From NCBI GenBank assembly GCA_964398955.1, contig CAYNOZ010000001.1, forward strand, positions 1 through 52,890: 52,890 nucleotides of DNA, given 5' to 3'. Source of the stretch: an uncultured Thermococci archaeon (lineage in GTDB: Archaea; Methanobacteriota_B; Thermococci; Thermococcales; CAYNOZ01). This document shows positions 22,090 through 30,785 of this stretch, one piece after another (within the stretch, counting starts at the first letter, position 1; each line of letters starts with the position of its first letter). The notes below the pieces were generated by a model. It was not told where the DNA came from. It searched no databases and saw nothing but the letters and a program-made list of their open reading frames with translations. Made by a program: the position numbers and the translations under genes.

Positions 22090-22169
22090 CCCTCCCATTA
22101 ATTCCAATTCAAAAACTATTATGAGAAATTTATCCTAAAAGTTATATATTAAGACTCAATTCCATCTTT

Positions 22170-22712
22170 ATGTCTAAAATACCAATAGATCCTAATAAGT
22201 TATATGAGGATTCTTTCTCTTTAGCAAAGAAAATTTACGAGAGTAGATACGCACCCGATCTGGTTGTGGGTATATGGAGAGGAGGAACGCCTCCAGCAAT
22301 TACGATTTCAGAATATTTAATTTATAAGGGAATAGACCTTTTTCATACTACAATGAAATCAGAGGCATACACAGATATAAAAGAAGTGGGGGAAGTAAAA
22401 TTGGATGCTGTTCAACACTTAATTGATAAAATTAACGAAGGTAATTATGAAAAAATGCTAATTGTTGATGATATTAATGACACTGGAAAAACATTAAAGA
22501 GAATAAAGAACAAAATAGTTCAAAATACAGAAAATACTCCAGAAATCAAGATTGCTGTCTTATACGAAAGGTCTGATAAAGATCATGAAATAGAGTCAGA
22601 TTACGTTGAAGAGTACATTCAAAATTGGATAGTTTTTCCACATGAACTAGAAGGACTAACAAAAAAGGAAATTAAAAAACTTAAACCTTGGATGTCAAAA
22701 TACACAGAGTAA
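22170..22712 (+). CDS. purine phosphoribosyltransferase (Gpt/XGPRT-like)
   Basis: 180 aa with the PRPP-binding motif 'MLIVDDINDTGKTL', 'GIWRGGTPPA' and the C-terminal 'NWIVFPHE', resembling xanthine-guanine PRTases. TATA-like TTATATATTA lies ~20-27 nt upstream of the ATG. Confidence 0.7.
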   Translation: MSKIPIDPNKLYEDSFSLAKKIYESRYAPDLVVGIWRGGTPPAITISEYLIYKGIDLFHTTMKSEAYTDIKEVGEVKLDAVQHLIDKINEGNYEKMLIVDDINDTGKTLKRIKNKIVQNTENTPEIKIAVLYERSDKDHEIESDYVEEYIQNWIVFPHELEGLTKKEIKKLKPWMSKYTE

Positions 22713-22716
22713 CATT

Positions 22717-22740
22717 TTCTTCGCCCTGAAGGACGAGGAA
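22717..22740 (+). other. stop-proximal hairpin with loop CCCTGAAGGA
   Basis: The 7-bp stem TTCTTCG/CGAGGAA (one G-U) starts 5 nt after the PRTase stop codon and encloses a 10-nt loop. Confidence 0.4.
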
Positions 22741-22870
22741 ACACTTAACTTAAGTTAATAAGAGTATCTAAACCCTTGAAAATAATTAAGAAAAGTTATT
22801 GAAACTTTAATTTAAGTCAAATACATGTTAAAAACTTAAAGTTAAACCAGAATGGTTTGAATGGTGGAAG

Positions 22871-22890
22871 CCTCTTTCGAGTCAGAGAGG
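22871..22890 (-). other. stop-proximal hairpin after fdhD
   Basis: The 5-bp stem CCTCT/AGAGG lies 8 nt downstream of the fdhD stop (minus sense). The loop on the minus strand reads CTGACTCGAA. Confidence 0.35.
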
Positions 22891-22897
22891 ATTCAAC

Positions 22898-23671
22898 TTA
22901 GTATTGGATCCTTTCTTCGTTGCTGTAGATGTTCATTTTCTTTCCTCTTACAAATCCTATGAGTGTAATATTCAGTATAGATGCTATTTTAATTGCTAGG
23001 TCTGTTGGGGCCGACATAGAAACTATGATAGGTATTTTGATTTTAGCGGTTTTAATTAGAATACTGGAGGAGATTCGTCCACTAATAACTAATATTTTGT
23101 TTTTTGGAGATATTTGATCTAGTATCATTTTTCCGATTATTTTATCTATGACATTATGTCTTCCTATATCTTCTCTAAATATGAGTTTATTTTGTTTTTT
23201 ATCTGCTAATAAAGCGTTATGTACTGCTCCTGTTTTTTTAAAAAGTTTTGAATTATCTTGTAGTTCAACTATCATTTCACGGATTTTATTATTCAAAATT
23301 TTAATATCACTCTCTATTTCACAAAGGTCTGTCTCAGCTAGATTCAATTCTTTTGTGTCCCTTTTACAAGCATCTGAAATTTTTTCTTCATCCAAATTGA
23401 TAGAATTAAGCTTATCAGGGCTTATTATTACTTTTATTGTATTTTTACATCTTTCTATTGTTTCAATATTCCTTACATTTTTAAAACCTTTTTCAGAATA
23501 CAAATATCCTGTTGCTAGTTCTTTTAGATGATTTGGAGTACAACTTAAGTTGGTTAATTTTTTTTCGTTGACTTTAATCGCTATACGTTGTTCTTTAACG
23601 ATTTGATCTTTTTTAATTTGAGATTCCTTTCCTTTTATTTGAACTAATTCAATTTCTTGAGTTAGGTCCAT
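22898..23671 (-). CDS. fdhD: formate dehydrogenase accessory sulfurtransferase FdhD
   Basis: 257 aa with 'LSCTPNHLKELATGYLYSEKG' and 'GRHNVIDKIIGK'. It abuts the mobA stop. Confidence 0.8.
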   Translation of the reverse strand: MDLTQEIELVQIKGKESQIKKDQIVKEQRIAIKVNEKKLTNLSCTPNHLKELATGYLYSEKGFKNVRNIETIERCKNTIKVIISPDKLNSINLDEEKISDACKRDTKELNLAETDLCEIESDIKILNNKIREMIVELQDNSKLFKKTGAVHNALLADKKQNKLIFREDIGRHNVIDKIIGKMILDQISPKNKILVISGRISSSILIKTAKIKIPIIVSMSAPTDLAIKIASILNITLIGFVRGKKMNIYSNEERIQY

Positions 23672-24259
23672 TTATTTCCCTCTAATCATTTTCTCTGCTT
23701 TTTTAAGATCCTCAGTGTAATTAATATTACAGAAAAGTCGGTCTGGATCATTAATCTCTCTGATGTCTTCTTCATTAATCACACTCAAGTTGGCTTGTTT
23801 GAAGAAACTCTTAAACTTTAAATTGTTATTCTTTATCTCTTTTAATATTAAATTATGACAATTTTTGCTGTAAATTCCAGCTAAAGGTTCTATAAAATTA
23901 TTATGCTTTGGTACTAGTATATCATATGACTTCTCAAATTTTTTTAGAAATTCAAGATATTCAACTGTAATTAAAGGCATATCACAAGCCATTAAAAAGT
24001 TATAATTTGAATCAGAATAATATAAGCCTGTATAAAGTCCTCCTAAAGGTCCTTTATTAATAATTATATCTTCAACTACTTGAATATTTCTTAAAAATGA
24101 ATACTTAGATTGACGATCTACAACTACATAAACTTTATCAGAGACTTGATCTAATGTATTAATTATCCTTTTTATTATAATCTGATTTCCTAAATTAGCA
24201 AGAGCCTTATTGCTTCCGAATCTAGTGCTCTGACCTCCGGCCAATAGTATGGAATTCAT
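23672..24259 (-). CDS. mobA: molybdenum cofactor guanylyltransferase MobA
   Basis: 195 aa starting 'ILLAGGQSTRFGSNKAL', with 4-nt overlap to fdhA. Confidence 0.8.
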   Translation of the reverse strand: MNSILLAGGQSTRFGSNKALANLGNQIIIKRIINTLDQVSDKVYVVVDRQSKYSFLRNIQVVEDIIINKGPLGGLYTGLYYSDSNYNFLMACDMPLITVEYLEFLKKFEKSYDILVPKHNNFIEPLAGIYSKNCHNLILKEIKNNNLKFKSFFKQANLSVINEEDIREINDPDRLFCNINYTEDLKKAEKMIRGK

Positions 24260-26946
24260 TCTAGACTCTCCATTTTCACAGTTGTTACTTTTAATTCAGG
24301 AATTTTAGCTTCAGGATCAAATTCTTTTGTTGTTAATCTGTTTACAGGACTTTCCTTGAAGTGAAATGGCATAAAAAGATTTCCTGGTTCAACTTTTTTA
24401 CTAATTCTAGCCTTAGATTGGATTTGACCCCTACGAGACGTTATTTTAACTTTTTCTCCTTCCTTGATGCCAAGCTTTTTAGCATCTTTTTCATTAATTT
24501 CAATATAAGAATCAGACTCGTATTCATCAATAGGTTCAGAACGTCTTGTCATAGTCCCAGTCTGGAAATGATATAGCATCCTCCCAGTCATTAAAACGTA
24601 ATTAAACTCTTCATTTAGTTCATCAACCGGATCTAAGTAATTAGAAATGTGAAATTTTCCTTTACCTTTGAAGAATTCATTTTCATGCAAGAATTTCGTT
24701 CCTGTATCCTCTTCATTGACACAAGGCCATTGTACTCCAGAATTTTCTATTTTATTATAACTAACACCTCTATATATAGGCGTAAGCTCGGTTATTTCAT
24801 TCATTACTTCCTTTGGAGAATCATAGCGCATAGGGAATCCTAATCTCTTAGAAAGCTCGCATATGATTTTCCAGTCAGGTTTCGATTCTCCCAAAGGATT
24901 TATAGCTTTCCTAATCTTTTGAATCCGTCTTTCAGTATTAGTATAAGTGCCTTGTTTCTCTGCAAAACTAGATGCCGGCAAAACTACATCTGCGTATTCA
25001 GCAGTTTCTGTTAAAAATATATCTTGAACAACTAAGAAATTTAATTCCCTTAAAGCCTTCTTAACATGGTTCTGATCTGGATCAGAAACAACAGGATTCT
25101 CTCCAATTATATAAAGAGATTTTAGATCATTTTCAGCAGCTTTTTTAAAGATCTCCACTACGGTTAATCCTTCTTTACTAGGTAACTCTGTATTCCAGGC
25201 TCCCTCAAATTTTCCTTTAATTTTGGAATCGATTACGGACTGATATCCAGGAAAAACCTCTGGTAGGGCTCCCAAATCACACGCCCCCTGAACATTGTTT
25301 TGTCCTCTTAATGGATTAACTCCTGTGCCTTCCTTACCCACATTTCCAGTCGCCATAGCCAGATTGGCTAAAGATATAACGTTATCAGTTCCATTTTTGT
25401 GCTGAGTTATACCCATACCATAGTATATAGAGCTTTTACCCATAGAAGCGTATAATCTAGCTGCTTTAGTTATATCTTCAGCAGGGACTCCAGTTATTTC
25501 CTCAACTTTATGTATATCATACTTTTTTATTGAACTAAGTATCCCTTCGAAATTCTCAGTTCTTTCTTCTATGTATTTAGTATCTTGAAGATTATCTTGT
25601 ACTATTACGTGTAGTAAACCATTCAATAAGGCCGTATCTGTTCCCGGCTTTTGTTGTAAGTGTATATCAGCTTTTTGAGAGAGTTCAATCTTTCTTGGAT
25701 CTGCCACGATTAATTTTGCCCCATTTTTCACTGCTTTTTTTATCTTACTACCTATTATAGGATGATTTTCCGTAGTATTAGATCCGATCACAAATATTAC
25801 ATCAGTGCTGCTAATTTCTTCTATTGAATTAGTCATAGCCGCAGATCCAAATGATTTCTTCAATCCAGCCACGGTAGAGGAATGACATAATCTAGCACAG
25901 TGATCAATATTATTAGTTCCTATAACGGCTCTCATGAATTTTTGCATTAAATAATTCTCTTCGTTAGTACATTTAGCAGAACTTAAACCAGCTATAGAAT
26001 CCGGTCCAGATTCTTTCTTGATACTTTTCAATTCTTCAACCACATAATTTAATGCTGCATCCCAGGATACTTCTTGAAATTCTCCATTCCTATTTATCAA
26101 AGGTTGAGTAATTCTATCAGAGTGATTTACAAAATCATATCCGAATCTACCTTTCACACAAATTCCTTTATTTGAATTAGGGGAATTCTCATTTGATCTG
26201 GATTCTACTTTAATTATCTCATTTTTTTTAACTTGAAGTTCTAATTGACAACCTACTCCACAATAAGGGCATGTAGTTTGGATTTTATCAATTTTATATT
26301 CTTTATCTTGACTAGTAGATGAATTGTATGATAATGTTTCATTTGAACAATCCTCAGCAAAGCTATCGCACGAAACGTAATTAGAATGATCTCCTCCTAA
26401 TTTTTGATCTATGACCGATGCTACTCTAGTTTCAAAAATTCCGTCAAGAAAATATATTGGTTCGAAATTTTTAAATTCTTGATAATTTCTTAAAAATTCT
26501 TTATATAACATATAATTATTATTTTTGAGTTTTAGTAATTTAATGTAATCTAAAATCTCTTTTTCTGTTTCTAAACTGAAATAAGGTTTCTTGATCCTAT
26601 ATCTATAACTTAGATCTTGGATTACGCAATTTTCACTGGATTTGCATATAATATTAGAATTATTCTTAGTAGGGGAAGGTTCCATAGCTGTTTTATCTAT
26701 CTTTTCATTAGTTTTCTTTTCTGTAAATGCTTTTATTCCTTTTTCAATTGATTTGGAGCATATATTAAACATTGATCTATTTCTTGATTCTATCAAGCAT
26801 AGTTTACAGGACCCCAAGATAGCTAATTGAGGATCATAACTTAACTTGGAAATATTTATTTCATCACTTTGTCTGACGTCTAATTCATTCTGATCTTTCT
26901 CTGCCCTGTAAAATTTATAATTCATCTTATCTTTCATTAGAAACAC
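24256..26946 (-). CDS. fdhA: formate dehydrogenase catalytic (alpha) subunit, Mo/W-bisPGD, Cys-type, with atypical N-terminal extension
   Basis: 896 aa with the proximal 4Fe-4S motif 'TTCPYCGVGC...GICVKGR', the active-site 'IDHCARLCHSS' (Cys-His, no in-frame TGA) and 'LRGQNNVQGACD'. The track start is GTG (26946); in-frame ATGs at codons 4 and 8 are alternatives. Confidence 0.85.
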   Translation of the reverse strand: MFLMKDKMNYKFYRAEKDQNELDVRQSDEINISKLSYDPQLAILGSCKLCLIESRNRSMFNICSKSIEKGIKAFTEKKTNEKIDKTAMEPSPTKNNSNIICKSSENCVIQDLSYRYRIKKPYFSLETEKEILDYIKLLKLKNNNYMLYKEFLRNYQEFKNFEPIYFLDGIFETRVASVIDQKLGGDHSNYVSCDSFAEDCSNETLSYNSSTSQDKEYKIDKIQTTCPYCGVGCQLELQVKKNEIIKVESRSNENSPNSNKGICVKGRFGYDFVNHSDRITQPLINRNGEFQEVSWDAALNYVVEELKSIKKESGPDSIAGLSSAKCTNEENYLMQKFMRAVIGTNNIDHCARLCHSSTVAGLKKSFGSAAMTNSIEEISSTDVIFVIGSNTTENHPIIGSKIKKAVKNGAKLIVADPRKIELSQKADIHLQQKPGTDTALLNGLLHVIVQDNLQDTKYIEERTENFEGILSSIKKYDIHKVEEITGVPAEDITKAARLYASMGKSSIYYGMGITQHKNGTDNVISLANLAMATGNVGKEGTGVNPLRGQNNVQGACDLGALPEVFPGYQSVIDSKIKGKFEGAWNTELPSKEGLTVVEIFKKAAENDLKSLYIIGENPVVSDPDQNHVKKALRELNFLVVQDIFLTETAEYADVVLPASSFAEKQGTYTNTERRIQKIRKAINPLGESKPDWKIICELSKRLGFPMRYDSPKEVMNEITELTPIYRGVSYNKIENSGVQWPCVNEEDTGTKFLHENEFFKGKGKFHISNYLDPVDELNEEFNYVLMTGRMLYHFQTGTMTRRSEPIDEYESDSYIEINEKDAKKLGIKEGEKVKITSRRGQIQSKARISKKVEPGNLFMPFHFKESPVNRLTTKEFDPEAKIPELKVTTVKMESLE

Positions 26947-26980
26947 TTTGAAATTGAAATAAGAAGAAATGTTTTAATTT

Positions 26981-28156
26981 TTAAGTCACTATTTTCCTTA
27001 AATTATTCTCTTGTGATGCTAATTTTATTTCTAGCATTGAAAGATCCAGTGGGTCTTCTATTTTCCAATTGGAGGGCATTGGGTTGTCTTGCTGAGAATA
27101 TTTCATGTTTATGTATCTTAAATATGGAGATGTTGGCCCCATAGCTGGGTCTCCTGGTACTCTGAAACTTAAGTCGAATACGACGAATTCTGGCCTTTTC
27201 TCTTTATCTATCGGTATAGCGCCTTGGATGCCAATTGGACCTATCATCCCAGGAGGTACCTTATTTTCAATGGTTTTTATCAATTTTTCAGCATTTTCAT
27301 ACATAATTTCAATTTTTGATTCTCTTAATGTTTTTCCAGTGTGGCATATTTCTTCATTAGTTCTTTCGAAGTTCTTTTTTGATAATTCTAGTTGTAAATC
27401 TGCCGGTAATTTTCTATAACCGGTTTCATTTGTTTGTTCTCTGTCACTGAATCCTAGTAATTCTATATTGTTATCGAAGTTTTTTAAGGTGTATGTATGG
27501 AAGTTAGAGTTTATCATTGGTCCTATTATAAATTCTTCTATGGTTGCTTTTTTCAATCCTTCTTCACTTATTTCTTCGTTTTCAATTTTCTTTTTAGATT
27601 TTTCATAGTATTCTTGAGGGGTACTTGGGTAGAAGTACGCTCTTTCTAGTGGGTTGTCTTTTTGTTGTACTTTTACGACGGAAAGCCTGTCTATTTCGTC
27701 TGGATCATCAAATATTTTAGGAGATCTTACTCCGGCCTGTTCTAAAAGATAATATTGGTTTCTAGGTGGGGATGCATTTCTTTCTTCAGCTCTGAGCAGG
27801 TTTCTAGAACCATACAAGGGTATTTTGAATTGTTCTTCTATTTGATCTAATCCAGTGTAGACGACGAAGGATCTGTTAGGAATGAAAATAGTATTTTCCT
27901 TTTTTAGCATTTCTTGATTTTTTGTGGATAGTATATCCTTCCATTCTTCTAATAGTACTATCTTATCATATAATTGGTTGTTGTATTTTTGGTAAGTTTT
28001 TTCTCTACCTTTTTTCGCGAATAGTATTGTGGAGAATCCAGCTCTCTTTGCTGAGTATCCGATCGGTAAAGCTGAATGAGATCCAAAGATTCCGATACTC
28101 AAATTTTCAGAGTTATAATTTGAAGTTAAATTCTGTATTTCTGATCTCTTAATCAT
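26981..28156 (-). CDS. PurP-family ATP-grasp protein, second paralogue (function unproven)
   Basis: 391 aa, collinear with the adjacent purP ('GIFGSHSALPIGYSAKRAGFST' vs 'GVLCSHSALQIIHGAKLEGFKT'; 'IPNRSFVVYTG' vs 'IPHGSLVEYVG'; 'PPGMIGPIGIQ') but clearly more divergent. Confidence 0.7.
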   Translation of the reverse strand: MIKRSEIQNLTSNYNSENLSIGIFGSHSALPIGYSAKRAGFSTILFAKKGREKTYQKYNNQLYDKIVLLEEWKDILSTKNQEMLKKENTIFIPNRSFVVYTGLDQIEEQFKIPLYGSRNLLRAEERNASPPRNQYYLLEQAGVRSPKIFDDPDEIDRLSVVKVQQKDNPLERAYFYPSTPQEYYEKSKKKIENEEISEEGLKKATIEEFIIGPMINSNFHTYTLKNFDNNIELLGFSDREQTNETGYRKLPADLQLELSKKNFERTNEEICHTGKTLRESKIEIMYENAEKLIKTIENKVPPGMIGPIGIQGAIPIDKEKRPEFVVFDLSFRVPGDPAMGPTSPYLRYINMKYSQQDNPMPSNWKIEDPLDLSMLEIKLASQENNLRKIVT

Positions 28157-28167
28157 TTAATCACCTT

Positions 28168-29265
28168 TTAGTAAATAACTTTACTAAGCTCATTTTTCTC
28201 GAATCCTTGTTTTATTTCCCGAGCTATTCTACGCCCAGTTGACATAGGTTCTTCGAATAAGTACGAAGAATAAGGAGATCCTTTTGGATACAAGTTAGTT
28301 CCCGCTACTATTCTTCCAGAAATTTCAAAGACTGTGAATCCTCTTTTAGGATGATATACAGTTTCAAGACAGAACGGACCGAAAATTCCTGGGTTAAATA
28401 GTTTTTTAGAACTTTTTATTACATTTTCTCCCATTTCAACTAAATCAACTAGTAATTTTTCTCTAATTACTAGTGGTTCATTTCCTGTTACAGTATAATC
28501 AAAGAATTCTGTTGGTATATCTGGCAATCCTCTGTAGCTCTCATCTATTGGTTCAATTCTTCTATCCATCCCTAGAATTTCTATCGCTCCTTTATTGAGT
28601 TCTGCTCCTCTTTGATCATATAGAGAGTAAAAGTAGTGCGGATAATATCTTATACCAGGTATAAATTCCTGTATAGTAACATTTTTTATATCTTTTTCTG
28701 TTACAGTTCCTTTCTCTAACCTTTGCTTTAATTTCTGTTCGTAATCTTTTTCGGATTCTGCGATAAAGAACCCTTCTCCTCCTTTCGCTCCATCAAATTT
28801 TACGAATACAGTATTATCAATATTGGAAGGACTCTCATATTTTTTAGGTGTTTTTATTCCTGCTTTCTCTAACCATTCCATTTGTTTGTCTCTGCTTCCT
28901 TCCCATTTTAATGAGTCTCTATTACCATATATTGGAACATAAAAGTTTTCAAGTAGATTATTTGGTCCTACATATTCAACAAGTGACCCATGTGGTATGA
29001 TAATAGTGTTTTCTTCTATTAATTTTTCCTGATAATTTTCTTTGATTATATCGGAGAATTTATCAAGTACTATGAATTCATCTGGTTTTGCTCTAGAGAA
29101 GGCACTGTAAGCCCTTTTCCTTTCCTTAGTACAGATTCCAATAGTTTTGAAGCCTTCTAATTTGGCGCCATGAATTATTTGAAGGGCTGAATGAGAGCAT
29201 AGGACACCGATAGTTATATCATCGTAATCTTCTAAGATTTTATGAATTTCTTCTTTTTTTATCAT
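28168..29265 (-). CDS. purP: 5-formaminoimidazole-4-carboxamide ribonucleotide (FAICAR) synthetase, formate/ATP-dependent
   Basis: 365 aa, closely collinear with what I recall of M. jannaschii PurP ('HSALQIIHGAKLEGFKT', 'PHGSLVEYVG', 'GNRDSLKWEGSR', 'VKFDGAKGGEGFFIA', 'GRRIAREIK'). Confidence 0.85.
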   Translation of the reverse strand: MIKKEEIHKILEDYDDITIGVLCSHSALQIIHGAKLEGFKTIGICTKERKRAYSAFSRAKPDEFIVLDKFSDIIKENYQEKLIEENTIIIPHGSLVEYVGPNNLLENFYVPIYGNRDSLKWEGSRDKQMEWLEKAGIKTPKKYESPSNIDNTVFVKFDGAKGGEGFFIAESEKDYEQKLKQRLEKGTVTEKDIKNVTIQEFIPGIRYYPHYFYSLYDQRGAELNKGAIEILGMDRRIEPIDESYRGLPDIPTEFFDYTVTGNEPLVIREKLLVDLVEMGENVIKSSKKLFNPGIFGPFCLETVYHPKRGFTVFEISGRIVAGTNLYPKGSPYSSYLFEEPMSTGRRIAREIKQGFEKNELSKVIY

Positions 29266-29277
29266 CTCATTCTACCT

Positions 29278-29751
29278 CTAAAGTGAAGAAACTTCCTTAT
29301 CAGATTCTTCTAATTTTTTTCGCTCTTCTTCAAAATAATTCTTCAAATTTTGTTTTAGTTCTTCATCTTTCATAGAAAGTATCTCAATGGCATGAAGTGC
29401 AGCATTCTTCGGTTCTAAAATTGTTGAACATGGTACGTTAGACGGCATCCTCAAAGAAGAATAGATGTCTTCTTTATAACTTGAAATTACTGGACAATTT
29501 ATAACCGGAAAATGAGAGTTACCAGAGATCATAGGACCTATAGCATTAGATCTACCCGCTACAACTATGAAAATTAAATCATCATATTCCTTTTCATACT
29601 TCTCTAATGATTCAAGAACTTTTTCTGACATCTTATGACCAGAAAGAGCTCTAACCTCGTATTCCACATTAAAATTGTTGAATAATTCCCTAATTCCGCT
29701 AATATGATCTTTATCTTTCTTTGAACCCATCCAAATGATAACTTTACCCAC
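29278..29751 (-). CDS. purE: class II PurE (AIR carboxylase type)
   Basis: 157 aa with 'VVAGRSNAIGPMISGNSHFPVINCP', which matches the class II 'AGRSNGLGP...SGN..YPVI.CP' signature rather than the class I 'AGGAAHLPG'. Confidence 0.8.
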   Translation of the reverse strand: MGKVIIWMGSKKDKDHISGIRELFNNFNVEYEVRALSGHKMSEKVLESLEKYEKEYDDLIFIVVAGRSNAIGPMISGNSHFPVINCPVISSYKEDIYSSLRMPSNVPCSTILEPKNAALHAIEILSMKDEELKQNLKNYFEEERKKLEESDKEVSSL

Positions 29752-29755
29752 TATA

Positions 29756-30781
29756 TCACCTCTTAATTTTTTCCATCTTATTAACTACGCTATCCAAGGA
29801 AGAAACATCAAAAAAGTTATTTTCAGTCCATTTATTAGCTCCAGATTTGTACAATAACTCTGCAATCTTTAAGATTTCTGAATCTAACGGTTTTGGATTC
29901 ATTCTACAAAGTGATTTCCAATCATCCGTACCTTTATCCTTTGCTTCTTTTTTAGCTCGATTAATTTCTTCATACCAAGCAGAGTTATTCTCTTTGTACC
30001 ATTTTCTTAAAAATTCTTTAGAAATTTGTTGACCAGAGTAGGAGAATCTGTTCTCATCAAAAGTTCCAACTACATCAGCTAGAATAACTTCTCCATCCGA
30101 ATAGATAAACTCAACTTTCCCATCTTCATGATTAAATCCATTCTCTTCAGCTTTTTCAGTAATTATTTCATTAATTTTCTTAGCCTTTAATTTCAAATCT
30201 TCGAATTCATTCTCTGATAAGTTAGAAATTTTGATAGCTTCTTCTGGATCAAGATATCTATCTTTTTCTTCTAATTTTGTAGAGAATTCTATAATTGGAT
30301 CTTCAACTTTTACTTTCTCATCCGGCCACTCATTTTGATCCAGTCCTACCTCTTTCGGTGAATTTCTTCTCCTAAAGGAACTACCTAAAGGGATTGTGTT
30401 CCTGAATATGACCTCTAAAGGAATTAGAAAATTATTTTTATCTTTCAAATCTTCGTATTCGTATTCACCTTTTCTGTATTCTACTTTAGGTTTATACGCC
30501 AAGTCAACCGTCATTTTATTTGAAGGCTTTTCAAGCTCTGAAACTTTTTTTACTTCATTATTCTTCATTAATCCATTATAATGAGTTTTAATGCCATTTT
30601 TTTGTAGAAATTCAAAATTATACGCTCCCATCACTGCTAAAGCCTTTCCTTTACCTGGTATTTTATTAGGCATTTCCCCCCAGTCAAAAACTGAGTACCT
30701 ATCAGAGAATTCAAAAACTGCTTTTCCAACTTCATCTTCAGTGGCTTCTTCATCAATTCTAATATCTTTAACAGATCCCAT
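29756..30781 (-). CDS. purC: SAICAR synthetase (long form)
   Basis: 341 aa with 'GSVKDIR' and 'FEFSDRYSVFDWG'. Confidence 0.85.
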   Translation of the reverse strand: MGSVKDIRIDEEATEDEVGKAVFEFSDRYSVFDWGEMPNKIPGKGKALAVMGAYNFEFLQKNGIKTHYNGLMKNNEVKKVSELEKPSNKMTVDLAYKPKVEYRKGEYEYEDLKDKNNFLIPLEVIFRNTIPLGSSFRRRNSPKEVGLDQNEWPDEKVKVEDPIIEFSTKLEEKDRYLDPEEAIKISNLSENEFEDLKLKAKKINEIITEKAEENGFNHEDGKVEFIYSDGEVILADVVGTFDENRFSYSGQQISKEFLRKWYKENNSAWYEEINRAKKEAKDKGTDDWKSLCRMNPKPLDSEILKIAELLYKSGANKWTENNFFDVSSLDSVVNKMEKIKR

Positions 30782-30785
30782 TAGA

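Noticed and set aside
24256-26946. Selenocysteine recoding in fdhA
   Set aside because: The ORF is uninterrupted and the active-site position is a TGC/TGT-type Cys in 'ARLCHSS'. There is no in-frame TGA, so no SECIS element is needed.
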